DNA from: Thalia democratica
Lineage: Eukaryota
Reading direction: 5' to 3'
DNA: 64,000 bases
NCBI GenBank assembly: GCA_965202585.1
Contig: OZ241833.1
Location: 30,938,001-31,002,000 of the forward strand
Shown: positions 36,701 through 49,700 of the stretch, in pieces
Layout: every line of letters begins with the position of its first letter
Numbering within the stretch: position 1 is the stretch's first letter
Position numbers and translations under genes: made by a program
The notes under the pieces: model-generated
What the model was told of the DNA's origin: nothing
Seen by the model: the letters and a program-made list of their open reading frames with translations, nothing else
The model's database searches: none

Positions 36701-39700
36701 ATCTTTTTAAAATATCAAAAAAAATTTCGTTCTTTTTTACCAGGTGTAAATATTTAAAACTAATATTAAACAGTTAATAACGACCATTTTAATTGAAAAC
36801 AAGTTAAAATGATCTTATATTAACTTACATACCTCACTTTTTGATGCGCTATTTTTGACCTTAATCTATTTATTTAGTTAAAACAGATCGTGATCAGTTT
36901 AAAAAGTATAAACAATGGTTTATTTGTATACTGTTTGAAACATTTAGAAACAGAGCGTTCGTTTCAAATATTCGACGAAATGTATTCAAATCATTGGCTG
37001 TCGTTAGGCTTATCTTAACGGATACACTGTTTGTTGAAACTTTGATACAGGCTTCCATGCTTGTAGAAGTCAAAGTAAAACGTAGAAGTAGCATTCTAAA
37101 AATTAGAAAAAAAATTTAACTGGATTAAATATTTGGTTAAAACTTTTTTTTTATCAGCTGAAATTTTTAAAATTGTTTTTTAAGCAAACTATAGAGAAAG
37201 TAAAAAACATTTTGTACTTTTAAAAATTTGTAACAGACTAACCAATAAAGATCTTGTTTTAGGCAACTGAAAAAAGAAAGGATAAAGTCCATTGGTAACA
37301 CACTTGTGTTAAAACCCTGATCAGTTATTTTGATAACTCAATTACTTCATGCAACATTTAAAGCACTTGTGAAAAAGAACCCTTGTAATTCACGCGAATG
37401 GCATTCATAACTTTCTCTTTCTACACGAAATATGAAAAAAGCCCTTTCAAGTACCTGTGATCTCGTGAAAAGCGAAAACTCATCATTTTCACTTATCTGA
37501 GTGCTCAAAGTTGCCGTGATAAACTTGTACGTTGATCATTTTTGAAAATGTTTTGCTTAATAAAGACATCACTATGCAAAAGCATAACAAATGTAATTAT
37601 TTAGTTTTTTTTTAAGGCTACAATTTATAATAAAATATGTGATACTTTAGTACGACTTTTGTGTGTTTTTTATTATGCAAAAATAAATCAAATTAATTTG
37701 TTGTATCTACATGATATTGTTAACAGACGGTTAAAATTCGAAATTGTTGATAAGGAAGCATACGTGTTCAAAAATGTTATGTTGTAATTAGCATTTACAA
37801 AGAAATTGTACTCAAAAAATTAGTTTTGACAAGTTACGATGACTTTTTACTAGGTAAGAAAATATCTCGCGGGTTTAAAAGATCTGTACAATATTTCAAT
37901 TTGTTTTTTTAAATCTACCAAGTTGCTAGTTTTACTTTACTTCAGTCCATAACTCCATGAATCTTAGTCTACAATCTATTTGAAAAATTTTTAAAAGGTT
38001 TAAAACTTTTACTAAATTGCAGCGGTTATAGAACTAAGAATTCTGCAAATTCAGTAGATGTTTATTAAAATGTTTAAAAATGTGTTGAGAACTTAAAACC
38101 AGCTTAGAAAACAAATAAAACATGCATTAATTAGATTTTTGTTTAAAGAAAACTTGACTTTGGTACTTACTAATTAGCATTCATAAGACTTGTTTTTCAA
38201 TTAAAACTTAAAATTAGTATTTGAACAGTAAATATTGGTTGATTACTTATTAACAGTTCAAAACTTTGTCTAAACAGTTTGTCTTAATAAAGCTATGAAG
38301 CTTGGAAAAATCAGTTTGTGTTAACTTTTTTACGGTACAAAGTCTATGATAAGTAGAAACGTTCTAGTTAGTGAAATCAAGTTTGAGCTTTACAGTTTTT
38401 TAATTTTTAACAGACACTTAAACTATCTCTAAGAATAACTGCGTTGAATGAGTTTTAAGTAAATTCATCTAAATAAGAAAAAAAAAAGCTTAAACGTATA
38501 GAATGACAGTTTTATGATTAAAGTAAGAAAGAATACAGTGTGGTTTTGTTTTTTAATTTCCTTTTCCGAGAAAAACACAATCCAAAAAGACTTTCAACTT
38601 TTCCAGTAATAGTGTGTTTTAACAAGACAAAGACTTTTTGGATAGACTTACCGAGAAAATATATCTTAAAACCCGAGCTTTTTAAACCTGTTTAAACCCT
38701 GGGACGCGTGGAAAAAGTGGTTTTTAATGTGAGTTTGCATAATGGTTTCAATTTACACCGTTTTGATCGAAGCGTACAACCAAGTCTCATTTGAAACTCG
38801 TGACGAGATTTGTATGCGAGGAAATGTACGTTGTCAAGTTTACTGTCCGAGCCCATAGTGATTTTGATAAATCGTTTTAATTCGCGCAAATTACACCGAT
38901 CGAACCAGCATTGTTTTGTTGTACGCGTGGGTGTTGTAATTGGCTACAAGTTTTCTTATAAGAAGATGCTAGTACTTGTTAGATCGCATAACAATTACGT
39001 TCGATTGAGAAGTGTAACAAAATGACCTGGTATAACACATACGTAGTCTTTAAGCTTTATATATATACTGTTTTGTGTGATGTTTTTGCTTAGCTTTGTT
39101 TAATTAATACTAAAAAAATTGTAAACAAAAGTTTCAAAGCTTTAATTATTATATTGATTTCAAATCTGAGATACAGCGTTTGTGTGAGATTATATATTAA
39201 TACATATTTATTTTGAATATATTTTTTAATGAGGTAAAACCATATTGGAATTGCTTACGGTCGTTTAACAGCTTGTCAGAACGAAAAATGAACTACTAAA
39301 AAAAAATTGTTAGATAAATTTTTATGGCAGTGACTAATATAAAATAAAACTTTGTAAGTAAAACCTAATAATTTGTTTGAAAGTATTTACTATATGCAAA
39401 TTAATGTTTTTTTAAATATGCGTTTTTGCTATAGCCTTTTATTGTCTTTTAATTATGTTTCTAATTTCTCCAAGCTCCAGAGTTCTACCGAGTATTTTTC
39501 ATTCTAAGTTTTAGTTTGTGTCTTACAAAAAGATCTAGCTCAGAATAATTATTAGTGTTTGTTTAAATAGAATTACTTTTTGTCTTCCGTTGAAGCTTGT
39601 TTTATAATTTAGGCATCCATCCTTGAATGGTGTACTAGTTGAGTGTAATAATTTTATTTCTCGTACAATTAATTAAAAAAGACCAGCCTGTATTTACAAA

Positions 39701-41393
39701 TTTTTGTTTTACCTACAAAACGATGACAACATTTATATCTGTTTATACTCAGTCTATAAACTATTTTTTTGTTTTAATTAGCCGAGAAAATATTGAAGCG
39801 ATAGTTAAAACATAGTTAAATTTTATTAAAACTAAACATTTAACTACTGGAATAGCACAATTATATAGAAGTACTATGAACTCAACCATTAATAAAAACA
39901 ATTCATAATCTATTTATACATTTAGTTATAATGACGCAAATAAAAATAAAGTGATACTAACATCTTAGTTTGAATATAGTGTTTATTGAATGATGGTAAA
40001 AAAAAAAAAACAAGTTTAGCTTAATTTACGAATAAATAGATTAACCAATTAAGTTATCAATAAAGGTTATATGCCTGTTGCATTTATATATATTGAAAAC
40101 ATACTTTAAACTTACTGAGTTAATTGCGTTTGTTAGTTGAGTAAAGTCGAGTAAGAACCATCTTACTAATTAGTTCAACTCTGACACATACTTGTTATTA
40201 TTATTATTGAGAAACATTCAGCTCAAACTGATGCATCAGCAAGCATAAATTTTACGTAATTAGAATTAATTGTCACCAACGTAACAGAGTTTAATTATAA
40301 CTGTTGTTTTTGTTTTGCAAGCGCTATGATTAACACTTCTGCTGGTTTATTTGCAACGAAATAAAAAATAACTTTATTTTTAGCTTAAGTTTGAGCTTTA
40401 GGTACAGACAGTAAAAATAGTATAGTGTTAGTTAAAAAACTTGAAATTTCAAGTAATGATTGTTTTTAAAATTCTTTATACAAAAGTATTGCTGTGTACA
40501 AATAAGAAAACAGGTTAAGTAGGTTTGAAAAAAAATTGTTCGGTGAAAGTTCATAAACTGTTAAAAAATTAAGTTTTTAATAAAAGAGTTTTAAATAAAG
40601 AATGCTAAAAAAACGATGCTAAAGAAGTAATAGAACGTCAATTGTAATAAAAAAATCTTTAACAAGAAATAAAACTTCAATTTTGCTGCGCATGTAGTTT
40701 TACAGTAACCGGTTAAAAGTTAAAACAATTAGTTCGTTAGGAAGTTAAGACCTGCGTGATTAAGACTGAAATAGAAAAAAATTATATTGTTATAACACGA
40801 AACAAACGGTCAAATGGTTTTCTTTAGCAAATAACACAGCTTGTTGATAAATTGATCAATACAAACAGCAAATTGAGAGAATTTTTGCTCAGCGCGTGAA
40901 TCATTGCAAATTAAATGAGGAAACCGTATAATATTGTAGCTGCTTGTTATGGTTATTTTATTGATAGTTGTTCAGCGCAATTAATGGTATTAATTAGTTT
41001 TCTTTCTCACATTGTGCTTAGTTGCTAGACTGGTACTTGCTACGAAGAGCAGTTCCAGTAAACTTTTGTTTGTGCGTAGAGTTGTGTTGATTTTTTGTTA
41101 ATTAAAAAGGTTGCAATAATGTTTGCAACAAAAAAGGTAGTTTTTGTTTAAAACTAGTTTGGACTTTTTTAAAGTTTATTAATTTGTCAGTTGAGTTTTA
41201 TTCGTATAATTATAAATATTCCGATAATTTTTTCAAGCGTAAGAAAAAATTAGAATAAAAAAATTTTAAATTTTCAATCAGAAGCCTTTTTTTTTTGAAA
41301 AATTGTAAAAGTTTTATGCTTAGTTATATACCAGTTTTAACAAGGATTTTATTTCTGCCTTAATATTCCAGGGAAAATAATTTTCACTGTAAA

Positions 41394-43437
41394 ATGTCAA
41401 ATTTCGGAATCGACAACATTTTGAACCAATCACGTCAGAGAATGATGAATTTTGGACCAACCAGAGATCGGGGAGATCATATGAACAACATGATGGCTTA
41501 CAGAGGGGGATTTGTTCAAGGTATATAAAAAAAGAAACAGTTATTGATATATTAATGTATAATAAAAAACTTTTGTATGACATTTTAAAGTTTTTATTTC
41601 AAAATAGGTTTAAGTTCGTATTAAAGTAAAACAGCTCCGTTTTACAAAAACAAAATAGGAAGTTGTTTGCATGTCTAATGAACTACAATAAGCAGTTTAG
41701 AGCTTAAGTAAAAGTTTTTTTTTAACTAAAAGTTTAAGTTTATTTAGAGTTTGCTTTAGTTATAATATAACTAGCTGTCCCTAAGTCGGTAAGTATATTA
41801 ATTTTAATTTTTATTAAACTTTAAATTAATTCGGCAAACTTTTACATTTAGAACATACATTTATAACTCCTTTATTTCGCACAAAACAAACTAAAAAAAC
41901 AAATCCCGCAGCTTTCCAACGGGACCAGAACGTCGTGAGGCCCTCGAAGCCGAAAGAAGAGCAACCGGCTCACAACAGCAAACCTCTGTACTTGAAGGAG
42001 GAACCGACGAACTGCAAAAAGTTCGACAGCAAACACCTCAACGAGGAAATTGTCAGAATCAGGGAGGCGCTGTTCAAGCGCAACCACCGGGACGCCCCCA
42101 ACCTGATACCGAGCAATCGTCAGCGCCCGGAAGAAGCCGAAATCGATTTGAAGCCGGGCTTTCGCTTCGACGCCGAAAAAAGAGCGAAAAGTTTGATTTT
42201 CGGGCAGAAAATAAGCGGTGTCAGGCCGGCAGCGACGGCGGAGCACAAAAGCCATCAGCAGGAAAAAACATGGCCGCACGCCGCTAAAGACGATTTTCGC
42301 CGGAGGCCGGAACAGAAGACGCCGCCGAGGCTGTTGTTCGACTGCAAAAAGGAACTTTCTCCGCAAAACTCCTCCACCGCAAACCAAGAGCTCCTCCACC
42401 TGAGCCTGCAGAACCTGTACGCCAAGAACAAGGAGAAACCCGAAATGTTCCCTCCTTCCTTTCGCCAGTCTCCAAAAAGTTTCGCCAGAGGTGCTTCCCC
42501 GGACGGTTATGGCGGGAGATTGGAGGACCTGCAAACTCCTCCGAAGAAGAACCGCAGGTACAGGACCACTTTCACCTCCATGCAGCTCAACGACTTGGAG
42601 GGGGAGTTTCAGAGGGGCCAGTACCCTGACATTAACAGGAGGTTGGTTGCACCTACTACATAGTAATTTTTTTATGTGAAACGTTAATTTTTGAATCCAA
42701 GTACTTTAGTGAGCAACCGCTATACTCATAAATTGCTAAAGTTAATTTAAAGCGGCATAAGCAGTAAAAGCTACCTAAAAGCTATATTTTTCAAAACTTA
42801 AAGCGTTTACACAATTTTTTCATAAACTCGAATACAATAAACATTTTAAAAATCTTCGTTCAACCAATAAATAAAAACTAAATAAAAATGTAGATTTGTC
42901 TAAATTACAAAAATGCAACGTTGTTTTTAGAACAGTGTTATTTTACTATGTAAATAATTTTTAAAGTAATCAATCCAAGCAAACGCAATTATTACAATGA
43001 TAATTAAAATAAGTGATTTCTTCAGAGAGGAGTTGGCCAGGAAAACAGGTCTGACGGAATCCAGGGTTCAGGTGTGGTTCCAAAACCGCCGCGCCAAGGA
43101 GCGCAAAACCGTCAAACAAACTCGGATGTTTCACGGGGGATTTCCCCTATTCGCAACCACCCCCTTCTACCAGCAGCAGATTGCCAGGGCGACGGCGAGT
43201 TACGGGGTCCAGCCGCAGTTCGCCCCCACTCCCTACCAGCACTACCTGGGGGCCCTGTGCGCGTTGCTAAGGAGCCACGTGAATCCCCTTCAGATGATGG
43301 CCTCGCAGAATTTCGGTTTCCACGGCAACCAGGCGAGGGTAAGCCCCCAAATGTTGCAGCAGATGGGGCTGCAGAGACCCACCTCAGATTTGAAGGAAAT
43401 GGTTCAAGAAGTTGTCAGGAGTAAAGAGGATAACTGA
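41394..43437 (+). CDS. arx: Paired-class Q50 homeobox gene, Arx/aristaless-like; exons 41394-41520, 41912-42641, 43026-43437
   Basis: N-terminus [10 protein letters not shown] (eh1/octapeptide); spliced homeodomain [30 protein letters not shown]|[27 protein letters not shown]; the phase-2 intron at R|EELA matches a vertebrate ARX intron position; exon phases are consistent. Orthology not tested by phylogeny; no clear OAR motif. Confidence 0.78.
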
Positions 43438-44865
43438 ATAAACAACTAATTTGCTTTTTTAATTTATTGCTTATTAATTTTTTGTGGTTGTATTAAAGTA
43501 CCTGTGCCTTTATAAGCTGTTGAATTTTTTTTTTTTTTTAATTTATTATATAATACTTGCTATATCTGTCCTGATATTATGTACACTTGTAAAAACATAT
43601 ATGCGTTATTTTCATAATGATATTGTGCTTTTCATCATGATTATACTGTAATGTTATTCTTTTCAAAAAAAAGACTAAAAACAAACATATCGAAATAAAA
43701 CTTTCAAATTACCAATAGGTTTTAAAAGCTGTTATAAAAACAAAACTTTTACTTTGTTTGATGAGGTATACGAGAGGTGCACTGTTAAAAAAAATTATAA
43801 AATAAACATTTTTGTAATTGTTTTCATTTTCGTTTTCGTTTTTTAATTTTTTTTATTTTTTATGTTCTATTGCTTATGTTGTGTATTTATCATTTCTCCG
43901 TAAAATTTTGACTAATAATTTTTTTTTGTGTATTTAAATAAAAGGTTTATATAAAAATAAAGCTGTTTTGATAGAGAAGTTTTTAATTATATTAATAGAA
44001 ACTATTTTTACACAGTTAAAATTTAAATTGTAAACAAAAAAATTTGTATAGGTTAAGGTATTTTAAATAAATAACAAGATGTTTTCTTAGAAAATAAGCA
44101 TTTTAAGTCAAAAAAATGATTAACAGATTTTTGTAAGTAATCAATAAAATTGAGTAATTAAGTTAAATAAAATAAAGAATCTGAAAAACTTAAAAGTATT
44201 TTAAATAGAAATTAAATTAAACTTGAGCAAACAATGTAACAGTGGATAGAAACAGAAAGTACATACAGTTATGTTTTTCACAAACATTTGAAAAAAAAAA
44301 CTTAAAGCACTGTAGTTATTGCAATAATTTTTTATTTTATGTTAAGAGTATGTAGTTAGTTTTAGAGAGTTCTTTTTATGACTTTAACATTTACAACAGT
44401 TACGTGTTTTTCTTGAAACAAGTAAAATAGTACAAATCTAATTGAAATTTTAGCGTTTTCGAAAAGGGTTTATTAAAGTGCAATTAAACTTCATCACTCA
44501 AAACTCTAAAGTAAACTTTTTTTTAAAGTAGGTAGTGTTCTTAAGTTTCTTCCTTAAACTGTCGTAAATGATTTTTTGGTACAGTGACTGCAGCCTGGTA
44601 TTAAATGCAGTAATTCAAATCATAAAAGTAAGTTTAAAAGTTAGCAGTATTGAATGTCCTAAACGTCTTGTGTGTAGTAAAAACAGTAGTACATAATTCA
44701 AAAGTACATAACTGTTATAAAAAACTCCGAACGACGATACGAAAAATGTTAATTTTTTTTTAGTTGTCAAGTAGAATTAAAAGTTAATCAAGTAAGTTTC
44801 AAGCGTTTGCGTAAAACAATGAGAAAAATAACACAATTTAGTTTCAGTGGGCTCAAATTAAAATT

Positions 44866-44995
44866 AACTTGTAAAAAACAGGAAAAAACTGTCAGTAGGT
44901 TTTTCCTGTAAAAATAAAGTAAATTCAGTTACGTTATTTTATTTTAATTGTTTGTTAATTGAAAGGGAAAAAAGTCGAAACTGCACTTACTGTAA
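44866..44995. repeat. Dispersed repeat; copies at ~47257-47390 and a weaker one at ~49757
   Basis: aacttgtaaaa.acagga..aa.ctgtcagtagg.ttt..tgtaaaaa.aaagtaaa is shared. Confidence 0.65.
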
Positions 44996-46549
44996 AACAA
45001 TGCCTTATAACAGCAAATGACAGCTAAAGTTTTGCCAGCTTTTTTAAAATTTTATAATTTTATATGCTGATCAATTTTATAAAAACAAATAACTGTTTGC
45101 TTTTAGGCAAGCATTGTAATTCGTTTGTAATTTGAAACAATCTTTATCCTTGTTTTATTAAGCTAACTAAAGTTGACCAAAAAGCAAAACTGGCAGTTTA
45201 GAGTAAAAAAACTAAAAAGTAAACTTTAGACAAAAAGTTTTACAACAATATACTTAAATTTATATGATTTTAAGCTTAGCTGAAATAAGTTATCAATTTT
45301 CTTAAAAGTTCTTAGTATTTAAAAAAGTTAAAAAAGTGATTTTATAACTTTTTAAGGCATCACCTATTGTACTTCAAATATAAATTCTGTGCCTATTGTT
45401 TTATGAAAGTTACTATTTTGCACTTATTTAAACTTTTATAGAGAATTTTTAACTCTTTGTAGTTGGCATATTTAAGTGTAAAAAATATTAAAAAATAAAG
45501 TTATATGTTGTTTTAAAATATTAGAAATAATTTTTTTTTTAATTAGATGAAATAAAAGTAATATAAGTAACAACATCGTGTTTTAAACTTATTAACATTT
45601 CAGTTAAAATGTTGTGCTCTTAAATAAGTTACTATTAAAAAAGAAAACAGAAAAACTAAGAATAAGCTGCTGTTTATTGTGTTATGACTTTAAAAAACCT
45701 TGATTTAAAAAACATTAGATAATTGTTAGGTAGTTTGTACTGCAAATTTTGAACAGCTTTTAAAATTAAACTTAACTCAATAAATTGTTCTGTCTTTTGC
45801 TTTATACTAGTAGCTGTTTGTTCAAAGTAATTGCTAAAAATTAATTTTTTATTTAGATTAAACAACACAAACTGAATTTTATTTATTTTTATTTTAAGAA
45901 AGTAGCAATACTTTCGTTTCTAGAGAAAATAGATCATAACTCAATTGGCAAGAATTACGTTTTAAGTTAATTTAAAACTAATGCAAATTGAATGGCAAAT
46001 ACTCAAATTTTACTAATGTTTATGATATATTATTTCATTTCTTACAAGCAAATTAGTTTTAATCGAAAATAAGAAACCATAAAATCAGCTAAAGTTTCAG
46101 CTCCTTGCAAACACTTAAAGCATTTTTTTGTACTTGCCTTTGAAAGAAATTCATACTCTCAGAACACAATGTACTAAAAAGTGTACACAGTTAGTCAAAA
46201 TTGTTGAGGTTTTTGTTTCGAAGATATACGGCAGGTCCAAACTCAGGTGTTGATGTTAAACCCAAACTTTATTTAAAAAGTGCAAACTTATATGTGTGTT
46301 AAATTGTTTGGTAGTTTACTTCACTTAAAGTTGGCAAGTAAGACTTTGTAGAAGTGTTTTAGAGTAATGTGTGCATTGTTTCATACAGATAAAATTTTAA
46401 TATTAAAAAAACCAGTGCCGTTTTCTTTAAAGTTATTAGTTATTATGTTCTATAGTTTTGCCATGAGTGATATATTATTTCGTGGCAAAGTGTCCACTGT
46501 TTTTTAATAGAAGGTAAAAAATATAATTTGTAGAGAGGTGCACTTTAAA

Positions 46550-46755
46550 GGGGAACCGCTCAATTCCAACCCGCGATAAATTTCTATCCACGCATAATTA
46601 CAACCCGTATAATTGCCACGCGATCAAATCTGAGAATCGCTTACCGACCAAGGGTAAGGGTTAGGCGTAACAGTGATAGTAAAAAACAAATTAAAAAAAT
46701 TTACATAAAACCAAAAAAAAAAAAAAATTTTGGGTGGGAATTGTAAGTATACACC
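46550..46755. mobile_element. Small TIR element (MITE) with internal caacccg/ccacgc repeats and a gggttagg-like tract
   Basis: ggggaaccgctcaattccaaccc versus reverse complement of the end ggtgtatacttacaattcccaccc; 8-bp flanks actttaaa / acttttaa. Confidence 0.55.
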
Positions 46756-49700
46756 ACTTTTAAGAAGCCAATAAATAAACTAGTAAGTATCCATTGTCAC
46801 TTATTAGTTCATTTTCTTGTGATCATCGTGCAAATGTGAAATAGTTCTAAAGAAATAAACTCAGTAAAAACATTTTGTTTTTATTTATACTTTAACAGCA
46901 TTTTCCATAGGTAAAGTTTTAATATGAGAAAACCGTAGTCTTTACAGTTGCTAGTTATTATAGTCTATAACAGTCTATGCTTCTACTTGTGATAGTTACA
47001 ATATGTTATTTTATTAAATTTAATTTGAAAGTTTGTAGATAGCTTTTTATGTCCACAACAATTTACGTAATGTTAAAATGTTGTTGAGTTCTACAAAGTT
47101 TTATTGAGTAAGGTACTATACAAAAGTTGTTTAAAATGTTTTTTTTTAAATTTTTTGTATAATACAAACTGCTGTAAACGTTAAAAAAAAATCTTTTTTT
47201 TATGAAACGTAGAAAATTTAAACAATACAGCTTAATTTAAATCAAATTTAAGAAAAACTTGTAAAACACAGGAAGAAGCTGTCAGTAGGGTTTCGTGTAA
47301 AAACAAAGTAAACTAGTTTTGTAATTTAATTTTTATTGTTGGTAAATTGAAACGGAAAAGAAAATCAAAATTTCCCTTACAATAAAGTTTTGTAGCAGTT
47401 AATGAGATTTTAAATTTTAAAAGGTTTATGCAACTTTTAAACTATTGTTGTTTTCATATTAATTGTAATAAAACAAGTAAAGTTTTTACTTTTAGTATTT
47501 ATTGATTAACTTGTGTATTCATTTTGTAATAAAACAATAACTTTTGTATTCAGTTTAAAAAGTTTTCTATATAAAAACTTTGTATATAGTGTTTCTCTTT
47601 ATTTTAAAATATTTCAAAACTAAGTTATTATTAAAGTAATATAAGTTTGTTGGTAAAACATTAAAACTCAAAAAAAAAAAGTTAAGGAAATTAATTTTTT
47701 CAGATAGTTGAAAGGATGTAATATAAAATGCAGCAGAAAAAATTGGACAAAACTGTAGCACAATGATAATAAAAAACAACAAAATATTAGTTCAAATAAC
47801 CAGGTTATATAAAAGTATGAGTCAAAAAATAACTTTAGTAAAATAACCTATAAGTTATGTTATAAGTTCTAAATTTATCAAGTTTATATGCACCATAAAA
47901 ATAAATTGTCTTCGATAAGTACATCTTCTAATTTCCTTTTAATCACAAAAATTCACAATTTTGTTGTAGAATTTTTGATAGTACTTAAATAAAACGTATG
48001 CCAAGTCCGAAAAACATGATCAATATAAAAAAAATAAAAATGTTTCAAGAAACAAAAAACGTTTGCTTTAAATTGAACAAAAAAAGTTATAAGTATTCAG
48101 CCTAATATTATCATAATTAAGCTAAAGTGCAAAAATCTAATATGTTGAAGATAAGAAAATAAGAAATTTATACTGCAGTAGCTAGTGTAGTTATTTTCAA
48201 ATATCAAAGTTTTGTATAAATATATATATATAAATATATATATATTATAGAATACTTTTAAAAATGTTTATATTAGTTAAAACAGTACCTATTAGTTTAT
48301 CGATGACTAAAAAGATTGTTTAAACTGTTTTACAGTCACTGTTGTGTTAGAAATTGCGAAGTCATAAATTAATAGTTAAAAAAGAGTATTTTAGCTTATA
48401 ACACAAATTTTTTTCAATATCTAGGTTTTTAGGTTAAAATTAAAATGTATTTATATACTGTGTAAAACAAATATTTTGTGATTTTTTGTAAACTATATCT
48501 ACTTTTTTATCAAGTGCTTACCTATTTTTAGTGGAATTCAGTAAAAAATACAAATAAAATTGTTATAAGTTTTAGTTTTTGAATTCAAGTTAATTTTTTA
48601 ATTAGTTTTTTTTTAGTTGTCTGTATTTATTATAGAAACTATAAAACCTATAAACGTTATATGTAAACATTAAGCTTCAAAGGTTTTTTAGTCTTAGCAA
48701 ATATGTGTTACTAATTTTTAAAACTATAAAACTTTAAGTTTTATAACCAGCTTATTTTTACAGAAACATCGGTCGGTATTACTATCCTTTTTACAAATGG
48801 CTAAAACTAAATAATTGCTGTTGTTAAAAACTAGTTTAAAATTGCACTTTATTAGAGAATTTAAAGAAAAACCAGCAGATCATCAATTAAAATTTGCACA
48901 TTTACAAAGGTAAACTGTATCATTAAGAAAATTAATAAAAAAAATTCAAGTTCTTAAAATTAAATAAGCGATTTAGAAAGTGGTACAACTAAGCGTTTGA
49001 TTGGAAATTATATTTAAAATAAAATTTGTGCTGTATGGTTTAGTTATGTAATTTTCCAGTAATCGCGAAGTTGCGAGATTTATTGAAAGCTTCGGATTTA
49101 ATTTCAATTAAAATCACAACAAACGGTAAAATATAAGTCAAGCGTCCATAGCAAGTGAAGTATAGCATTTAGATTATTTAGATTATTAAAATTCTTATTT
49201 TTTTGTTTTTGAGATATTAAAACATGACTTGAAAAGATTGAAATAGTTTGATTGCTAATAAAATTAAAAGTCTAGCTTGAAAATTGTATTTCATTGAATA
49301 TCAGCAACTAAAAAAATTAACATAGTTTAATTTACATTAAGTGAGTTATTTTATTTATTCTATCATACTGTGTAAATCTAAGCTTTTAATAATTGCTTTA
49401 AAAGTTAATTTTTCTAAGGTTGTAATGACAACTAATTTGAACAGCTTTTAAAATTTGTTGAGTAAGCAAAGGTAATAAATAATTAAAAATAACTTAATGG
49501 GTAAAAGCGAGCAAAAAATAAATTGAATGGCAGTAGTTTAATCATAAACTAAAAAAAAAATCATCATCGTGTAGTAATATCACATAAGCTTATGTACGAC
49601 ATCTATAAAAAAAATCAATATAAACTTGTCATAAGATGCTAAAATGGTTTGAAATTACCGAAACTTAACTATGTTGCAAACAAAAAAATATGCGAAAAGC

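Noticed and set aside
40982-40992. TAATGGTATTA paired-homeodomain P3 site upstream of the Arx-like ATG (autoregulation)
   Set aside because: Such sites are expected many times by chance in DNA this AT-rich; not supportable without conservation data.
41872-42679. Antisense and alternative-frame ORFs over the homeobox exon (also 43074-43424, 11516-11885, 24217-24444, 32040-32621)
   Set aside because: Shadow ORFs of GC-rich exons with no recognisable protein features.
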